A stretch of 60,935 nucleotides of DNA from Nemertoderma westbladi (lineage: Eukaryota; Animalia; Xenacoelomorpha), in contig JAUCBJ010005236.1 of NCBI GenBank assembly GCA_032718475.1, forward strand, positions 1-60,935, written 5' to 3'. Below are positions 22,490 through 35,800 of the stretch, one piece after another; the first letter of the stretch is position 1, and each line of letters starts with the position of its first letter. Below the pieces are notes generated by a model that was not told where the DNA came from, ran no database searches, and saw only the letters and a program-made list of their open reading frames with translations. Made by a program: the position numbers and the translations under genes.

Positions 22490-23310
22490 ATATATAATTA
22501 ATTTGCGTTATTCATGTGTGGATAAAGTTGTGGTAAACTTATTCCTCTCACCACCTATCAGAGGACTCAGAAATGTATCTACTGATTGATACTATACCCT
22601 CCCTCATTATTATTAGGGGGGATTTTAGTTTTCTGCGTAATATAAAGAGTCAAGGGAAGAATATGATATTCGCTCAACATTTGAGACATAGCAATAACAT
22701 TAGCTCAGATAACAGCTTGGGAGTTTGATTTCAACTTTTAACGAAATTATAGTTGAATTTGCATCATTTTGGCCGATTTGTGAACCTAAGGTCCTATTTG
22801 CTAAGCAATTATTTTGTGGGACTAAAGGCGATCAATGTTGATTATAGAGTATTATGACACGAGTGAATGATGTATTTTGATTAATAAATAGCCCGGCATC
22901 ATTCAAAAAGAGCCGAATTTATCCTGCTAATAATATTGCATTGTTATGGTATTAATACGCGTTTTATTGTCAATAATACGTTCAGGAGCTCCAATAATCG
23001 CTGGCACACAGATTATCAACTAATCATACTCTTCCGGGATCATTGTATACCACCTGGTTTCAACCCTTTGTTTCAATTATAAACCATAATCGATCAGATT
23101 TAACGTTACCTCAAGTTACTCTGCTATAATGAGTCAAATATAATTTGTTTTCCCGAGTTATTATTTATTAATTAGGTCGACCAAGTGAAATCTAGCTAGT
23201 GTAGTTTTAAACCTGAAATATTTTTAATAGATTTATTGCTTAGAATTGTTTCTGCTTCATCTCTGGCTGGAGTGAATTAGGCTTTCCTCCCTCGGTCTAT
23301 GCTCCCCACC

Positions 23311-24916
23311 GGTAATGGTGAAAAATATCGAGACTTGAAAAATATCGAGAGTAAAAATAACGAGAGTAAAACTATCGAGAGTAAAAATAACGAGTGTTGA
23401 AAATTAACGTGATTAAAAAATATCGAGAGTAAAAATAACGCGAGATGAAAAATATCGAAAATAACGAGTGTTGAAAAATATCGAGTGTTGAAAAATATCG
23501 AGTGTTGAAAAATATCGAGAGTAAAAATATCGAGTGTTGAAAAATATCGAGAGTAAAAATATCGAGTGTTGAAAAATATCGAGAGTAAAAATATCGAGTG
23601 TTGAAAAATATCGAGAGTAAAAATATCGAGTGTTGAAAAATATCGAGAGTAAAAATAACGAGTGTTGAAAATATCGAGTGTTGAAAAATATCGAGAGTAA
23701 AAATATCGAGAGTAAAAATATCGAGTGTTGAAAAATATCGAGAGTAAAAATATCGAGAGTTGGAAAATAACGCGATTGGAAAATAACGAGAGTAAAAATA
23801 TTGCATTTTGCTTGAGCATTTTATTTAGAATTATGGAACAATATTGCAGTGCATGGGTTACAACAGTGCAAGTGAATGGCATTATGTAATACACCTTGGG
23901 TACCCATTTACCAGATTTATTATACTAGCTAGTTTTTGCTATTTTTTTAATAAATATTATAAAAGAAGTGCTAGCTATAAATTTTAATAAATATTATAAA
24001 AGAAGTGCTAGCTATAAATTTTGATAAATATTATAAATATTGTTAAATATTATATTAGAACACGTACTGTATAAGCTACCAAATGTTGATAAATATTGTT
24101 GTTCTAGAACATTTTTAGTAAAAAAATTATCATACAACCCTTATTTACAAAAATTGTTACTATCGATATTTTTACTCTCGATATTTTTCAACATTCTATA
24201 TTTTTTTCAACACTCGATATTTTTACTCTCGATATTTTTCAACACTCGATATTTTTCAACACTCGATATTTTTCAACACTCGATATTTTTCAACACTCGA
24301 TATTTTTACTCTCGATATTTTTCAACACTCGATATTTTTACTCTCGATATTTTTCAACACTCGATATTTTTACTCTCGATATTTTTCAACACTCGATATT
24401 TTTCAACACTCGTTATTTTTACTCTCGATATTTTTCAACACTCGATATTTTTAAACTCTCGATATTTTTACTCTCGATATTTTTACTCTCGATATTTTTC
24501 AACACTCGATATTTTTACTCTCGATATTTTTCAACACTCGATATTTTTCAATACTCGATATTTTTACTCTCGATATTTTTCAACACTCGATATTTTTACT
24601 CTCGATATTTTTCAACACTCGATATTTTTACTCTCGATATTTTTACTCTCGATATTTTTCAACACTCGATATTTTTAAACTCTCGATATTTTTACTCTCG
24701 ATATTTTTACTCTCGATATTTTTACTCTCGATATTTTTACTCTCAATATTTTTCAACACTCGGTATTTTTACTCTCGATATTTTTACGCTCGATATTTTT
24801 ACTCTCGATATTTCTTGAACTCTCGATATTATCGTTATTTTTCAGGACTCGATGTTTTTCCTCGCGTTATTTTTACTCTCGATATTTTTCATGTCTCGAT
24901 ATTTTTCAATATAACC
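23311..24916. mobile_element. Foldback/Phantom-like (MULE-type) non-autonomous element with tandem-repeat arms
   Basis: Arms are built of AAAAATATCGAGAGTA / AAAAATATCGAGTGTTG repeats in opposite orientation (23318-23800 versus 24160-24908). Termini are GGTAATGGTG and (rc) GGTTATATTG. TSD TCCCCACC lies at 23303-23310 and 24917-24924 (8-9 bp). Confidence 0.85.
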
Positions 24917-25882
24917 TCCCCACCTAGCTGCATGGCGATGTATATACTGGACAGAATCAAGGACAGGGATGTCGTAATAACTATTTACTTACTTGTGTGT
25001 AAAGTAGAACTTTACAGTGTGATGATCCGAGTGGCTTTGTTACACGAACGAACGTTAGTGAGTGAGTGGAAATAAAGCCACGAGGATCAGAACACTGTAA
25101 AGTACTTTGCAACAAGTATGTATGTAGTTTTATTCCAAAACTGTAACATTACGAAATGATTGAATATATACATTATAAGTGATAGAGCTACACAAATTAA
25201 ATTAGTTGCTGTATAAATAAATGTAAAAATGACATAAATTATGTTATAAATAAGTATATTCATGGTGGCGTTTGGAGCCATGTTAATAGTTTATAGCTAC
25301 TGTTTATTAATAGCAGTAGGTCTATCTGGCTGTCAGGCAATTAATTATAAATGCAACCTATTGTTTACGTGGTAACCAATGACGGCGTGATTGTAAATTC
25401 ACGCCGTCGTCATTGGATACCTCATAAACAAGGGACATCACAACACAAAATACAATACTAAATGTACAGGCCAATACAATACTGTAATGTCCTCTAAAGT
25501 TGTAAAGTGTTAAATAACAACTCGCTGTTAATACTAACGGCGTTGAGTAGTGTTAAAATTTTGAAATAAAGTATTTAACCCTATTTAAAGCGCTAACATG
25601 GCTGGTCCCTTTAATGAATTCTTGCCGAAACGAAACCCACCCTGGTCCCCATGCAGGGCTGTTGCTCACACCCACGACCTTTGGCTGGAGACAAGGCAAC
25701 CAATTAAACCACTGATCCAAGGCGGGTGTGGGTCTATTTTCAAACCGATCAATTTACATTACTTTGACACCTATAGTGTTTTGTATTTGTGAAATATAAT
25801 AACTCTTTAAAGTTAAATTCCTAACTTATTGACGCTTATTATCGTCACAACATTAAACCACCATGATGTGCCAGAACATTAT

Positions 25883-27057
25883 GGGGAGTAGTTCAGGGGC
25901 ATCCTATATTTTTTCAAATTTTTTTTCTGTTTCATCTAGAGCAAATATTTATGAAGATTACCAATTTTAAAACTGTTTAACAAGATCTGTCTTACATCTC
26001 GAGATATGGATGTCTGTCCGAATGACTGTCGGTTTGTCCGTCAGTATGTCTGTCCGTCAATAAAATACAAACTCTAAAACGCAAAAAACCCTATATGGGT
26101 TTTTGTGGTCGGTCGCTTCATTTCTGATATCAATATTCAAATTTGGCCTTGTCGATTCTGTCTGTATGCCTGCCAGTCTGTCCGTCAAATTATAACCGAT
26201 AGACTGACTGCCAAACAGACAATTTGGAAGTCATCAAAGGTTAAAACTGACACTCGAAATGAATTCTGCGACCAGGAAAACCCCCTAGCTAAAGTTTTAA
26301 CTAGATTGTATGCCCCTCTTATATTTAACGGACACATTGTCAGATAGTTAGAAAGACCGACAGACAGACATACAGACAAACAAGAGTTGATTAAAGGTGA
26401 AAACTGACCTCAGAAATGAAATCAGCGACCATGAAAACCCCATAGCAATAATCATAGCATGTTTTTGTGCTTTCTTTTTGCTAGGTATATATTGACAGAC
26501 ATTATTTCATAATAACAGACAGTTTTTGCGCGGGAAGTTTCAAATTTTAAATGGATTTTTCTCAAAATGAGTTTTTAGAATTCTTTCGGTACATGTTTCC
26601 CAGCTGCCATTTGAGTTATAGACTTGAAAATTTCTCACTAGGATCATTTTCTACCGTAGAATAACGTAACATTTTTAAATAAATTAGCATAATTATTTTT
26701 TTTAAATAAATTGTTAAAATTTTTACAGTTTTAAATATTATGTACGCATAAGCACCGAATTGTGATTTTAATGTTTATGACACAAATTATTTGGGTATAT
26801 TTTTTTTAATATTAAGTTCATTTTTCAAAAAATAAGCTAAATATATGAAAAAAAATTGAAATTCAAAAAACCAATTGGTCTACCTGAAAGCCCGTTAAAT
26901 TCTGGTTGGAATGCAAGAACAGTTGGCCTATAAAGGAATCTGATGAGTTCTAAAATGGTACCGAGGCTTAATAGTAGTTTGTATGGAAAAATTGACAGTA
27001 CTACTCCCCTTAACTCCCATGGTAGCACCTTTATAAAAACTGCCTGTACTACTCCCC
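25883..27057. mobile_element. Kolobok-like non-autonomous element with duplicated right end
   Basis: Left end TTAT|GGGGAGTAGTTCAGG and right end CCTGTACTACTCCCC|TTAA. The right terminus occurs twice (27009 and 27057) through a 48-bp tandem duplication. Confidence 0.6.
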
Positions 27058-28336
27058 TTAACTCCAATGGTAGCACCTCCCATGGTAGCACCTTTATAAA
27101 AAAAATTTAATCACCACTGCATTCCATCGGCATTAAATAAATCGGAAATATTTGAACCATCATGTTGGGATTATATTATCTAGTAGTGATGATGGTTTTT
27201 CATTTCTGTTTCATCAATACCAGTAGAATTAACTGTAACAAAGATTCCGTATGATGGATTCAATTCAATTCGTACGAAATAAAGTCGGTGAAATAAACTT
27301 TGTTGATATTCACTCAAATTCAGTTTGTTGGAAATTGTTGAATCCGAATTGGTGCAATTTATTATATTTGTGAATGACCGTGATATGAGTTCACGAAGAA
27401 ATCAGAACAGAACAATGATTAAAATATTAAAGTTTTGAGTTTCTTTGTATGTGGGTTGGGGGTGGCTGACCATTATCCAAATATGGGGGATGTCTTGGGT
27501 TAAAATACTGATGTTGGTCTCCAAGACTACCAGTGGGGCATGAATTAAATGTTTGGGTTATATGCTTTAATAGTTTATTATTTTAGATAAATTGGAATTA
27601 CAGTAGCTGATAGGTGCAGTTAAAATGTGTTCCATACTCCATTGGCTATTACAGAAACTGGAGGCATTTGTTGTGGCTTATATTTTTGCCCCCAATTGAC
27701 AGATGAGTTTAGAGTGGCACAATAGTTTAGGCACGATCACTATGAAGAGAATAAGAAATAAATCAATATTCAATGTCCATGGTTTATTATCATTGGTAGC
27801 TTTACCATAAATGAATAAGCCAGCTGTTAGTGTAAAAAAATCGATACCCCGTTCCAACAGGCTGGCTTACGAATTAGACCCCAAGTGCAGCGCAATTTAA
27901 TAACTGGCGTGCGGCCGCGTCTAGAAAAAGATAAATTATTACGTATATGTAGCTTGATTATATGAATTTCGTGTAATTTCGTACCGAAGGGGAATGCATC
28001 CCCTTCGGTTGAAGGGGGGTAGAAAGATTTTGTTGTCGCAAAGTTTGAGGTGAAAACCATGAGATGATTATGTGTATTTAGTAAATAGAATAAAACAACC
28101 TCGCGCAGGTGCAAAACCATGCTACTTTTTAACGCTCATATCTCACCTATTTTTCAACAAAATTCAGTTTGTGTTTGTTACATATTTGGAATCCTTGCAT
28201 CACGAATAATGGTCATGGTCAAGCCACTGAATTACGAGACTATATTCCAGGTCATGGTGTAATAACAATCTACGGGGTAATAAATTTTAAGCAAAGCTGA
28301 AAATAGTATTGGTGTCAATGTGTATGCCTACAGGTA

Positions 28337-29483
28337 TACACGTTCGTGGGGCCATCGCGCAGGACGAGGGTCAGTCATTAGATACAGTTTAAAATTGAGC
28401 AATTACATTCCAAAATCGGTAGTTAAGAAATTTTAATAAATAAGTAAGAAAATTTAACCAAACTTTTACTTTAAAAAAAACTTTCGGATTGGCAGCTTGG
28501 CATCGATGTCATAGAAGTCCACAGTCAAACTATTCAACAAATTCAATGCATTCTTCAGTCCTCGGGTCTCGCTCATCGGTTAGTCCAGTTTGCCTGTAGC
28601 GCTAGCGCAGTAGCGATACCAAAAGTCGAGGTCGCCAACGACACTGCGGCAGACAGAGGCGGTGACCTTGATGGCGAGTTGTTTGAGTACTGGGACAATT
28701 CCAAAACGTTGCTGGGTATTGCGGTATTGGGCTGTTGGGGTACCTACAGTAGTGCAGTAGCGGATACCGGAACATGGAATAAAGGTCAGCTGGTACAACC
28801 TGACAATATGCAGTCAGTCTTAAGTCCGCATAATTTTAAAACTTCCATGGCTGCATGGTTGCCTTTGCCGAGCCGATTGGTGGGTGACGCCAACGACCTG
28901 AAGACGGTAACGGTAACTCTGTACCGTACCACTGTAACAGTACCGGTACCGTACCACGTACTGTAAAACATGTTTAATAAGATTAAGGTATCGTACCGGT
29001 ACATGATATGGCTGAATAGTCGCGAATAACTGAATACTCTGAACTTTGCAAACTGGAAATGCTGGAATGGCTGAAGAAAGTGAAATAGGCCTACCACACT
29101 TTCCAAGACCACATTATTAATTGCTGCATGGTACCGGTATTGCTGAATTTCAAACCCACCTGATATATCCTGCAGCCTCCTAGCAACCAGCTGATGTCAA
29201 GCCTAATAATTGTTGGGTAAATAAATTTATTATAACTGTAAGACAGTAACACAGATGCTGCACGAAGACCCCAAGCAAATTCACTTGGAAAATTTCTAAA
29301 CTTTTGCCAGACTACTTATGTACTAAGTTTGGTTATATTTTATCAAGATTTGGCTGAGTTATTAACGTTTAAAATTGGTCGCAACTGATCAACAGAGCAA
29401 CAGATCAACAGAACAACAGACACACCGATTGAGTTAGTGGTAACTGTATGCTAAGCTCGCTTACTTTCGTCGCTCGCCCCACA
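28337..29483 (+). mobile_element. DINE-1/HINE-like (Helentron-associated) element, copy A
   Basis: 5' motif ACACGTTCGTGGGGCC..., its partial inverted copy near 29255-29275, an (ACAG)-type simple repeat, and a 3' hairpin GCTCGC...GCTCGCCCCAC. Both ends align by eye with 54504-56112 (rc) and 58248-58552. Confidence 0.65.
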
Positions 29484-29825
29484 TTGTTTATGTGGCTATT
29501 TTTGAATGTGGTATACTGTTTTTTTGTCTGTAGCTGAGATTTGTCACTGTTTTTGACAAATTCCACCTATCCCTCGCTACTCCTGCCGCCACTTTTTGGG
29601 CTGATTATCTTTAATTACTGACATGACTGAATAGCTACTATAGGTAGGTACTGGTTCGACGATTTCTAACATCATTAGAAATTACTAATATAAAATGTTT
29701 ATTCAACCATTAAAGATTGGGGGAAAGTCGCAGAGTAATTTCGCTATCATACAATACATAAATGAGCATTCTGTATTTATCTACTGTAACATTATTATTA
29801 GTATAGCGAAATTATAATAATATTT

Positions 29826-32800
29826 GAATTTGAAAGTAAACAGTCCAACAGACAATCCCTTGGTAACTGAGTTTGAGAGTAAACAGTCCAACAGTTAATC
29901 CCTTGGTAAATGAGTTTTAGAGTAAACAGTCCAACAGACAATCCCTTGGTAAATGAGTTTGAGAGTAAACAGTCCAAAAGACAATCCCTTTGTAAATGAG
30001 TTTTAGAGTAAACAGTCCAACAGACAATCCCTTGGTAAATGAGTTTAAGAGTAAACAGTCCAGCAGACAATCCCTTGGTAAATGAGTTTGAGAGTACACA
30101 GTCCAACAGACAATCCCTTGGTAAATGAGTTTGAGAGTAAACAGTCCAACAGACAATCCCTTTGTAAATGAGTTTGAGAGAAAACAGTCCAACAGACAAT
30201 CCCTTGGTAAATGAGTTTGAGAGTAAACAGTCCAACAGACAATCCATTGGTAAATGAGTTTGAGGGTAAACAGTCCAACAGACAATCCCTTTGTAAATGA
30301 GTTTGAGAGGAAACAGTCCAACAGACAATCCCTTGGTAAATGAGTTTTAGAGTAAACAGTCCAACAGACAATCCCTTGGTAAATGAGTTTGAGAGTAAAC
30401 AGTCCAACAGACAATCCCTTGGTAAATGAGTTTGAAAGTACACAGTCCAACAGACAATCCCTTGGTAAATGAGTTTGAGAGTAAACAGTCCAACAGACAA
30501 TCCCTTTGTAAATGAGTTTGAGAGTACACAGTCCAACAGACAATCCCTTTGTAAATGAGTTTGAGAGTAAACAGTCCAACAGACAATCCCTTGGTAAATG
30601 AGTTTAAGAGTAAACAGTCCAACAGACAATCCCTTGGTAAATGAGTTTGAGAGTACACAGTCCAACAGACAATCCCTTGGTAAATGAGTTTGAGAGTAAA
30701 CAGTCCAACAGACAATCCCTTGGTAAATGAGTTTGAGAGTAAACAGTCCAACAGACAATCCCTTTGTAAATGAGTTTGAGAGTAAACAGTCCAACAGACA
30801 ATCTCTTGGTAAATGAGTTTGAGAGTAAACAGTCCAACAGACAATCCCTTTGTAAATGAGTTTGAGAGTACACAGTCCAACAAACAATCCCTTTGTAAAT
30901 GAGTTTGAGAGTAAACAGTCCAACAGACAATCCCTTTGTAAATGAGTTTGAGAGTACACAGTCCAACAAACAATCCCTTTGTAAATGAGTTTGAGAGTAA
31001 ACAGTCCAACAGACAATCTCTTGGTAAATGAGTTTGAGAGTAAACAGTCCAACAGACAATCCCTTTGTAAATGAGTTTGAGAGTACACAGTCCAACAGAC
31101 AATCCCTTGGTAAATGAGTTTGAGAGTAAACAGTCCAACAGACAATCCCTTTGTAAATGAGTTTGAGAGAAAACAGTCCAACAGACAATCCCTTGGTAAA
31201 TGAGTTTGAGAGTAAACAGTCCAACAGACAATCCCTTGGTAAATGAGTTTGAGGGTAAACAGTCCAACAGACAATCCCTTTGTAAATGAGTTTGAGAGTA
31301 CACAGTCCAACAAACAATCCCTTTGTAAATGAGTTTGGGAGTAAACAGTCCAACAGACAATCTCTTGGTAAATGAGTTTGAGAGTAAACAGTCCAACAGA
31401 CAATCCCTTTGTAAATGAGTTTGAGAGTACACAGTCCAACAGACAATCCCTTTGTAAATGAGTTTGGGAGTAAACAGTCCAACAGACAATCTCTTGGTAA
31501 ATGAGTTTGAGAGTAAACAGTCCAACAGACAATCCCTTTGTAAATGAGTTTGAGAGTACACAGTCCAACAAACAATCCCTTTGTAAATGAGTTTGGGAGT
31601 AAACAGTCCAACAGACAATCTCTTGGTAAATGAGTTTGAGAGTAAACAGTCCAACAGACAATCCCTTTGTAAATGAGTTTGAGAGTACACAGTCCAACAG
31701 ACAATCCCTTGGTAAATGAGTTTGAGGGTAAACAGTCCAACAGACAATCCCTTTGTAAATGAGTTTGAGAGAAAACAGTCCAACAGACAATCCCTTGGTA
31801 AATGAGTTTGAGAGTAAACAGTCCAACAGACAATCCCTTGGTAAATGAGTTTGAGGGTAAACAGTCCAACAGACAATCCCTTTGTAAATGAGTTTGAGAG
31901 GAAACAGTCCAACAGACAATCCCTTGGTAAATGAGTTTTAGAGTAAACAGTCCAACAGACAATCCCTTGGTAAATGAGTTTGAGAGTAAACAGTCCAACA
32001 GACAATCCCTTGGTAAATGAGTTTGAGAGTACACAGTCCAACAGACAATCCCTTGGTAAATGAGTTTGAGGGTAAACAGTCCAACAGACAATCCCTTTGT
32101 AAATGAGTTTGAGAGTACACAGTCCAACAAACAATCCCTTTGTAAATGAGTTTGAGAGTAAACAGTCCAACAGACAATCTCTTGGTAAATGAGTTTGAGA
32201 GTAAACAGTCCAACAGACAATCCCTTTGTAAATGAGTTTGATAGTACACAGTCCAACAAACAATCCCTTTGTAAATGAGTTTGAGAGTAAACAGTCCAAC
32301 AGACAATCTCTTGGTAAATGAGTTTGAGAGTAAACAGTCCAACAGACAATCCCTTTGTAAATGAGTTTGAGAGTACACAGTCCAACAAACAATCCCTTTG
32401 TAAATGAGTTTGAGAGTAAACAGTCCAACAGACAATCTCTTGGTAAATGAGTTTGAGAGAAAACAGTCCAACAGACAATCCCTTGGTAAATGAGTTTGAG
32501 AGTAAACAGTCCAACAGACAATCCCTTGGTAAATGAGTTTGAGGGTAAACAGTCCAACAGACAATCCCTTTGTAAATGAGTTTGAGAGAAAACAGTCCAA
32601 CAGACAATCCCTTGGTAAATGAGTTTGAGAGTAAACAGTCCAACAGACAATCCCTTGGTAAATGAGTTTGAGGGTAAACAGTCCAACAGACAATCCCTTT
32701 GTAAATGAGTTTGAGAGGAAACAGTCCAACAGACAATCCCTTGGTAAATGAGTTTTAGAGTAAACAGTCCAACAGACAATCCCTTGGTAAATGAGTTTGA

Positions 32801-35800
32801 GAGTAAACAGTCCAACAGACAATCCCTTGGTAAATGAGTTTGAGAGTACACAGTCCAACAGACAATCCATTTGTAAATGAGTTTGAGAGTAAACAGTCCA
32901 ACAGACAATCCCTTGGTAAATGAGTTTTAGAGTAAACAGTCCAACAGACAATCCCTTGGTAAATGAGTTTTAGAGTAAACAGTCCAACAGACAATCCCTT
33001 GGTAACTGAGTTTTAGAGTAAACAGTCCAACAGACAATCCCTTGGTAAATGAGTTTTTGAGTAAACAGTCCAACAGACAATCCCTTGGTAAATGAGTTTT
33101 AGAGTAAACAGTCCAACAGACAATCCCTTGGTAAATGAGTTTGAGAGGAAACAGTCCAACAGACAATCCCTTGGTAAATGAGTTTTAGAGTAAACAGTCC
33201 AACAGACAATCCCTTGGTAAATGAGTTTGAGAGTAAACAGTCCAACAGACAATCCCTTGGTAAATGAGTTTGAGAGGAAACAGTCCAACAGACAATCCCT
33301 TGGTAAATGAGTTTTAGAGTAAACAGTCCAACAGACAATCCCTTGGTAAATGAGTTTGAGAGTAAACAGTCCAACAGACAATCCCTTGGTAAATGAGTTT
33401 TAGAGTAAACAGTCCAACAGACAATCCCTTTGTAAATGAGTTTGAGAGTACACAGTCCAACAGACAATCCCTTGGTAAATGAGTTTGAGAGTAAACAGTC
33501 CAACAGACAATCCCTTTGTAAATGAGTTTGAGAGTACACAGTCCAACAGACAATCCCTTTGTAAATGAGTTTGAGAGTAAACAGTCCAACAGACAATCCC
33601 TTGGTAAATGAGTTTGAGAGTAAACAGTCCAACAGACAATCCCTTGGTAAATGAGTTTGAGAGTACATAGTCCAACAGACAATCCCTTGGTAAATGAGTT
33701 TGAGAGTAAACAGTCCAACAGACAATCCCTTGGTAAATGAGTTTGAGAGTAAACAGTCCAACAGACAATCCCTTTGTAAATGAGTTTGAGAGTAAACAGT
33801 CCAACAGACAATCTCTTGGTAAATGAGTTTGAGAGTAAACAGTCCAACAGACAATCCCTTTGTAAATGAGTTTGAGAGTACACAGTCCAACAGACAATCC
33901 CTTGGTAAATGAGTTTGAGAGTAAACAGTCCAACAGACAATCCCTTGGTAAATGAGTTTGAGAGTAAACAGTCCAACAGACAATCCCTTGGTAAATGAGT
34001 TTGAGAGTACACAGTCCAACAGACAATCCCTTGGTAAATGAGTTTGAGAGTAAACAGTCCAACAGACAATCCCTTTGTAAATGAGTTTGAGAGTACACAG
34101 TCCAACAGACAATCCCTTGGTAAATGAGTTTGAGAGTAAACAGTCCAACAGACAATCCCTTTGTAAATGAGTTTGAGAGTAAACAGTCCAACAGACAATC
34201 CCTTTGTAAATGAGTTTGAGAGTAAACAGTCCAACAGACAATCCCTTGGTAAATGAGTTTGAGAGTACACAGTCCAACAGACAATCCCTTGGTAAATGAG
34301 TTTGAGAGTAAACAGTCCAACAGACAATCCCTTTGTAAATGAGTTTGAGAGTAAACAGTCCAACAGACAATCCCTTGGTAAATGAGTTTGAGAACAAACA
34401 GTCCAACAGACAATCCCTTGGTAAATGAGTTTGAGAGTAAACAGTCCAACAGACAATCCCTTGGTAAATGAGTTTGAGAGTACACAGTCCAACAGACAAT
34501 CCCTTGGTAAATGAGTTTGAGAGTACACAGTCCAACAGACAATCCCTTGGTAAATGAGTTTGAGAGTAAACAGTCCAACAGACAATCCCTTTGTAAATGA
34601 GTTTGAGAGTAAACAGTCCAACAGACAATCCCTTGGTAAATGAGTTTGAGAGTAAACAGTCCAACAGACAATCCCTTTGTAAATGAGTTTGAGAGTAAAC
34701 AGTCCAACAGACAATCCCTTGGTAAATGAGTTTGAGAGTAAACAGTCCAACAGACAATCCCTTGGTAAATGAGTTTGAGAGTACACAGTCCAACAGACAA
34801 TCCCTTTGTAAATGAGTTTGAGAGTAAACAGTCCAACAGACAATCCCTTCGTAAATGAGTTTGAGAGTAAACAGTCCAACTGACAATCCCTTGGTAAATG
34901 AGTTTGAGAGTAAACAGTCCAACAGACAATCCCTTTGTAAATGAGTTTGAGAGTAAACAGTCCAACAGACAATCCCTTGGTAAATGAGTTTGAGAGTACA
35001 CAGTCCAACAGACAATCCCTTGGTAAATGAGTTTGAGAGTAAACAGTCCAACAGACAATCCCTTGGTAAATGAGTTTGAGAGTACACAGTCCAACAGACA
35101 ATCCCGTGGTAAATGAGTTTGAGAGTAAACAGTCCAACAGACAATCCCTTTGTAAATGAGTTTGAGAGTAAACAGTCCAACAGACAATCCCTTTGTAAAT
35201 GAGTTTGAGAGTAAACAGTCCAACAGACAATCCCTTTGTAAATGAGTTTGAGAGTAAACAGTCCAACAGACAATCCCTTGGTAAATGAGTTTGAGAGTAA
35301 ACAGTCCAACAGACAATCCCTTGGTAAATGAGTTTGAGAGTAAACAGTCCAACAGACAATCCCTTGGCAAATGAGTTTGAGAGTAAACAGTCCAACAGAC
35401 AATCCCTTGGTAAATGAGTTTGAGAGTAAACAGTCCAACAGACAATCCCTTGGTAAATGAGTTTGAGAGTAAACAGTCCAACAGACAATCCCTTCGTAAA
35501 TGAGTTTGAGAGTAAACAGTCCAACAGACAATCCCTTGGTAAATGAGTTTGAGAGTAAACAGTCCAACAGACAATCCCTTTGTAAATGAGTTTGAGATTA
35601 AACAGTCCAACAGACAATCCCTTGGTAAATGAGTTTGAGAGTAAACAGTCCAACAGACAATCCCTTCGTAAATGAGTTTGAGAGTAAACAGTCCAACAGA
35701 CAATCCCTTGGTAAATGAGTTTGAGAGTAAACAGTCCAACAGACAATCCCTTGGTAAATGAGTTTGAGAGTACACAGTCCAACAGACAATCCCTTGGTAA

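Noticed and set aside
23277-24678. Phe/Leu-rich ORFs resembling membrane proteins
   Set aside because: Translations of the foldback element's short tandem modules.
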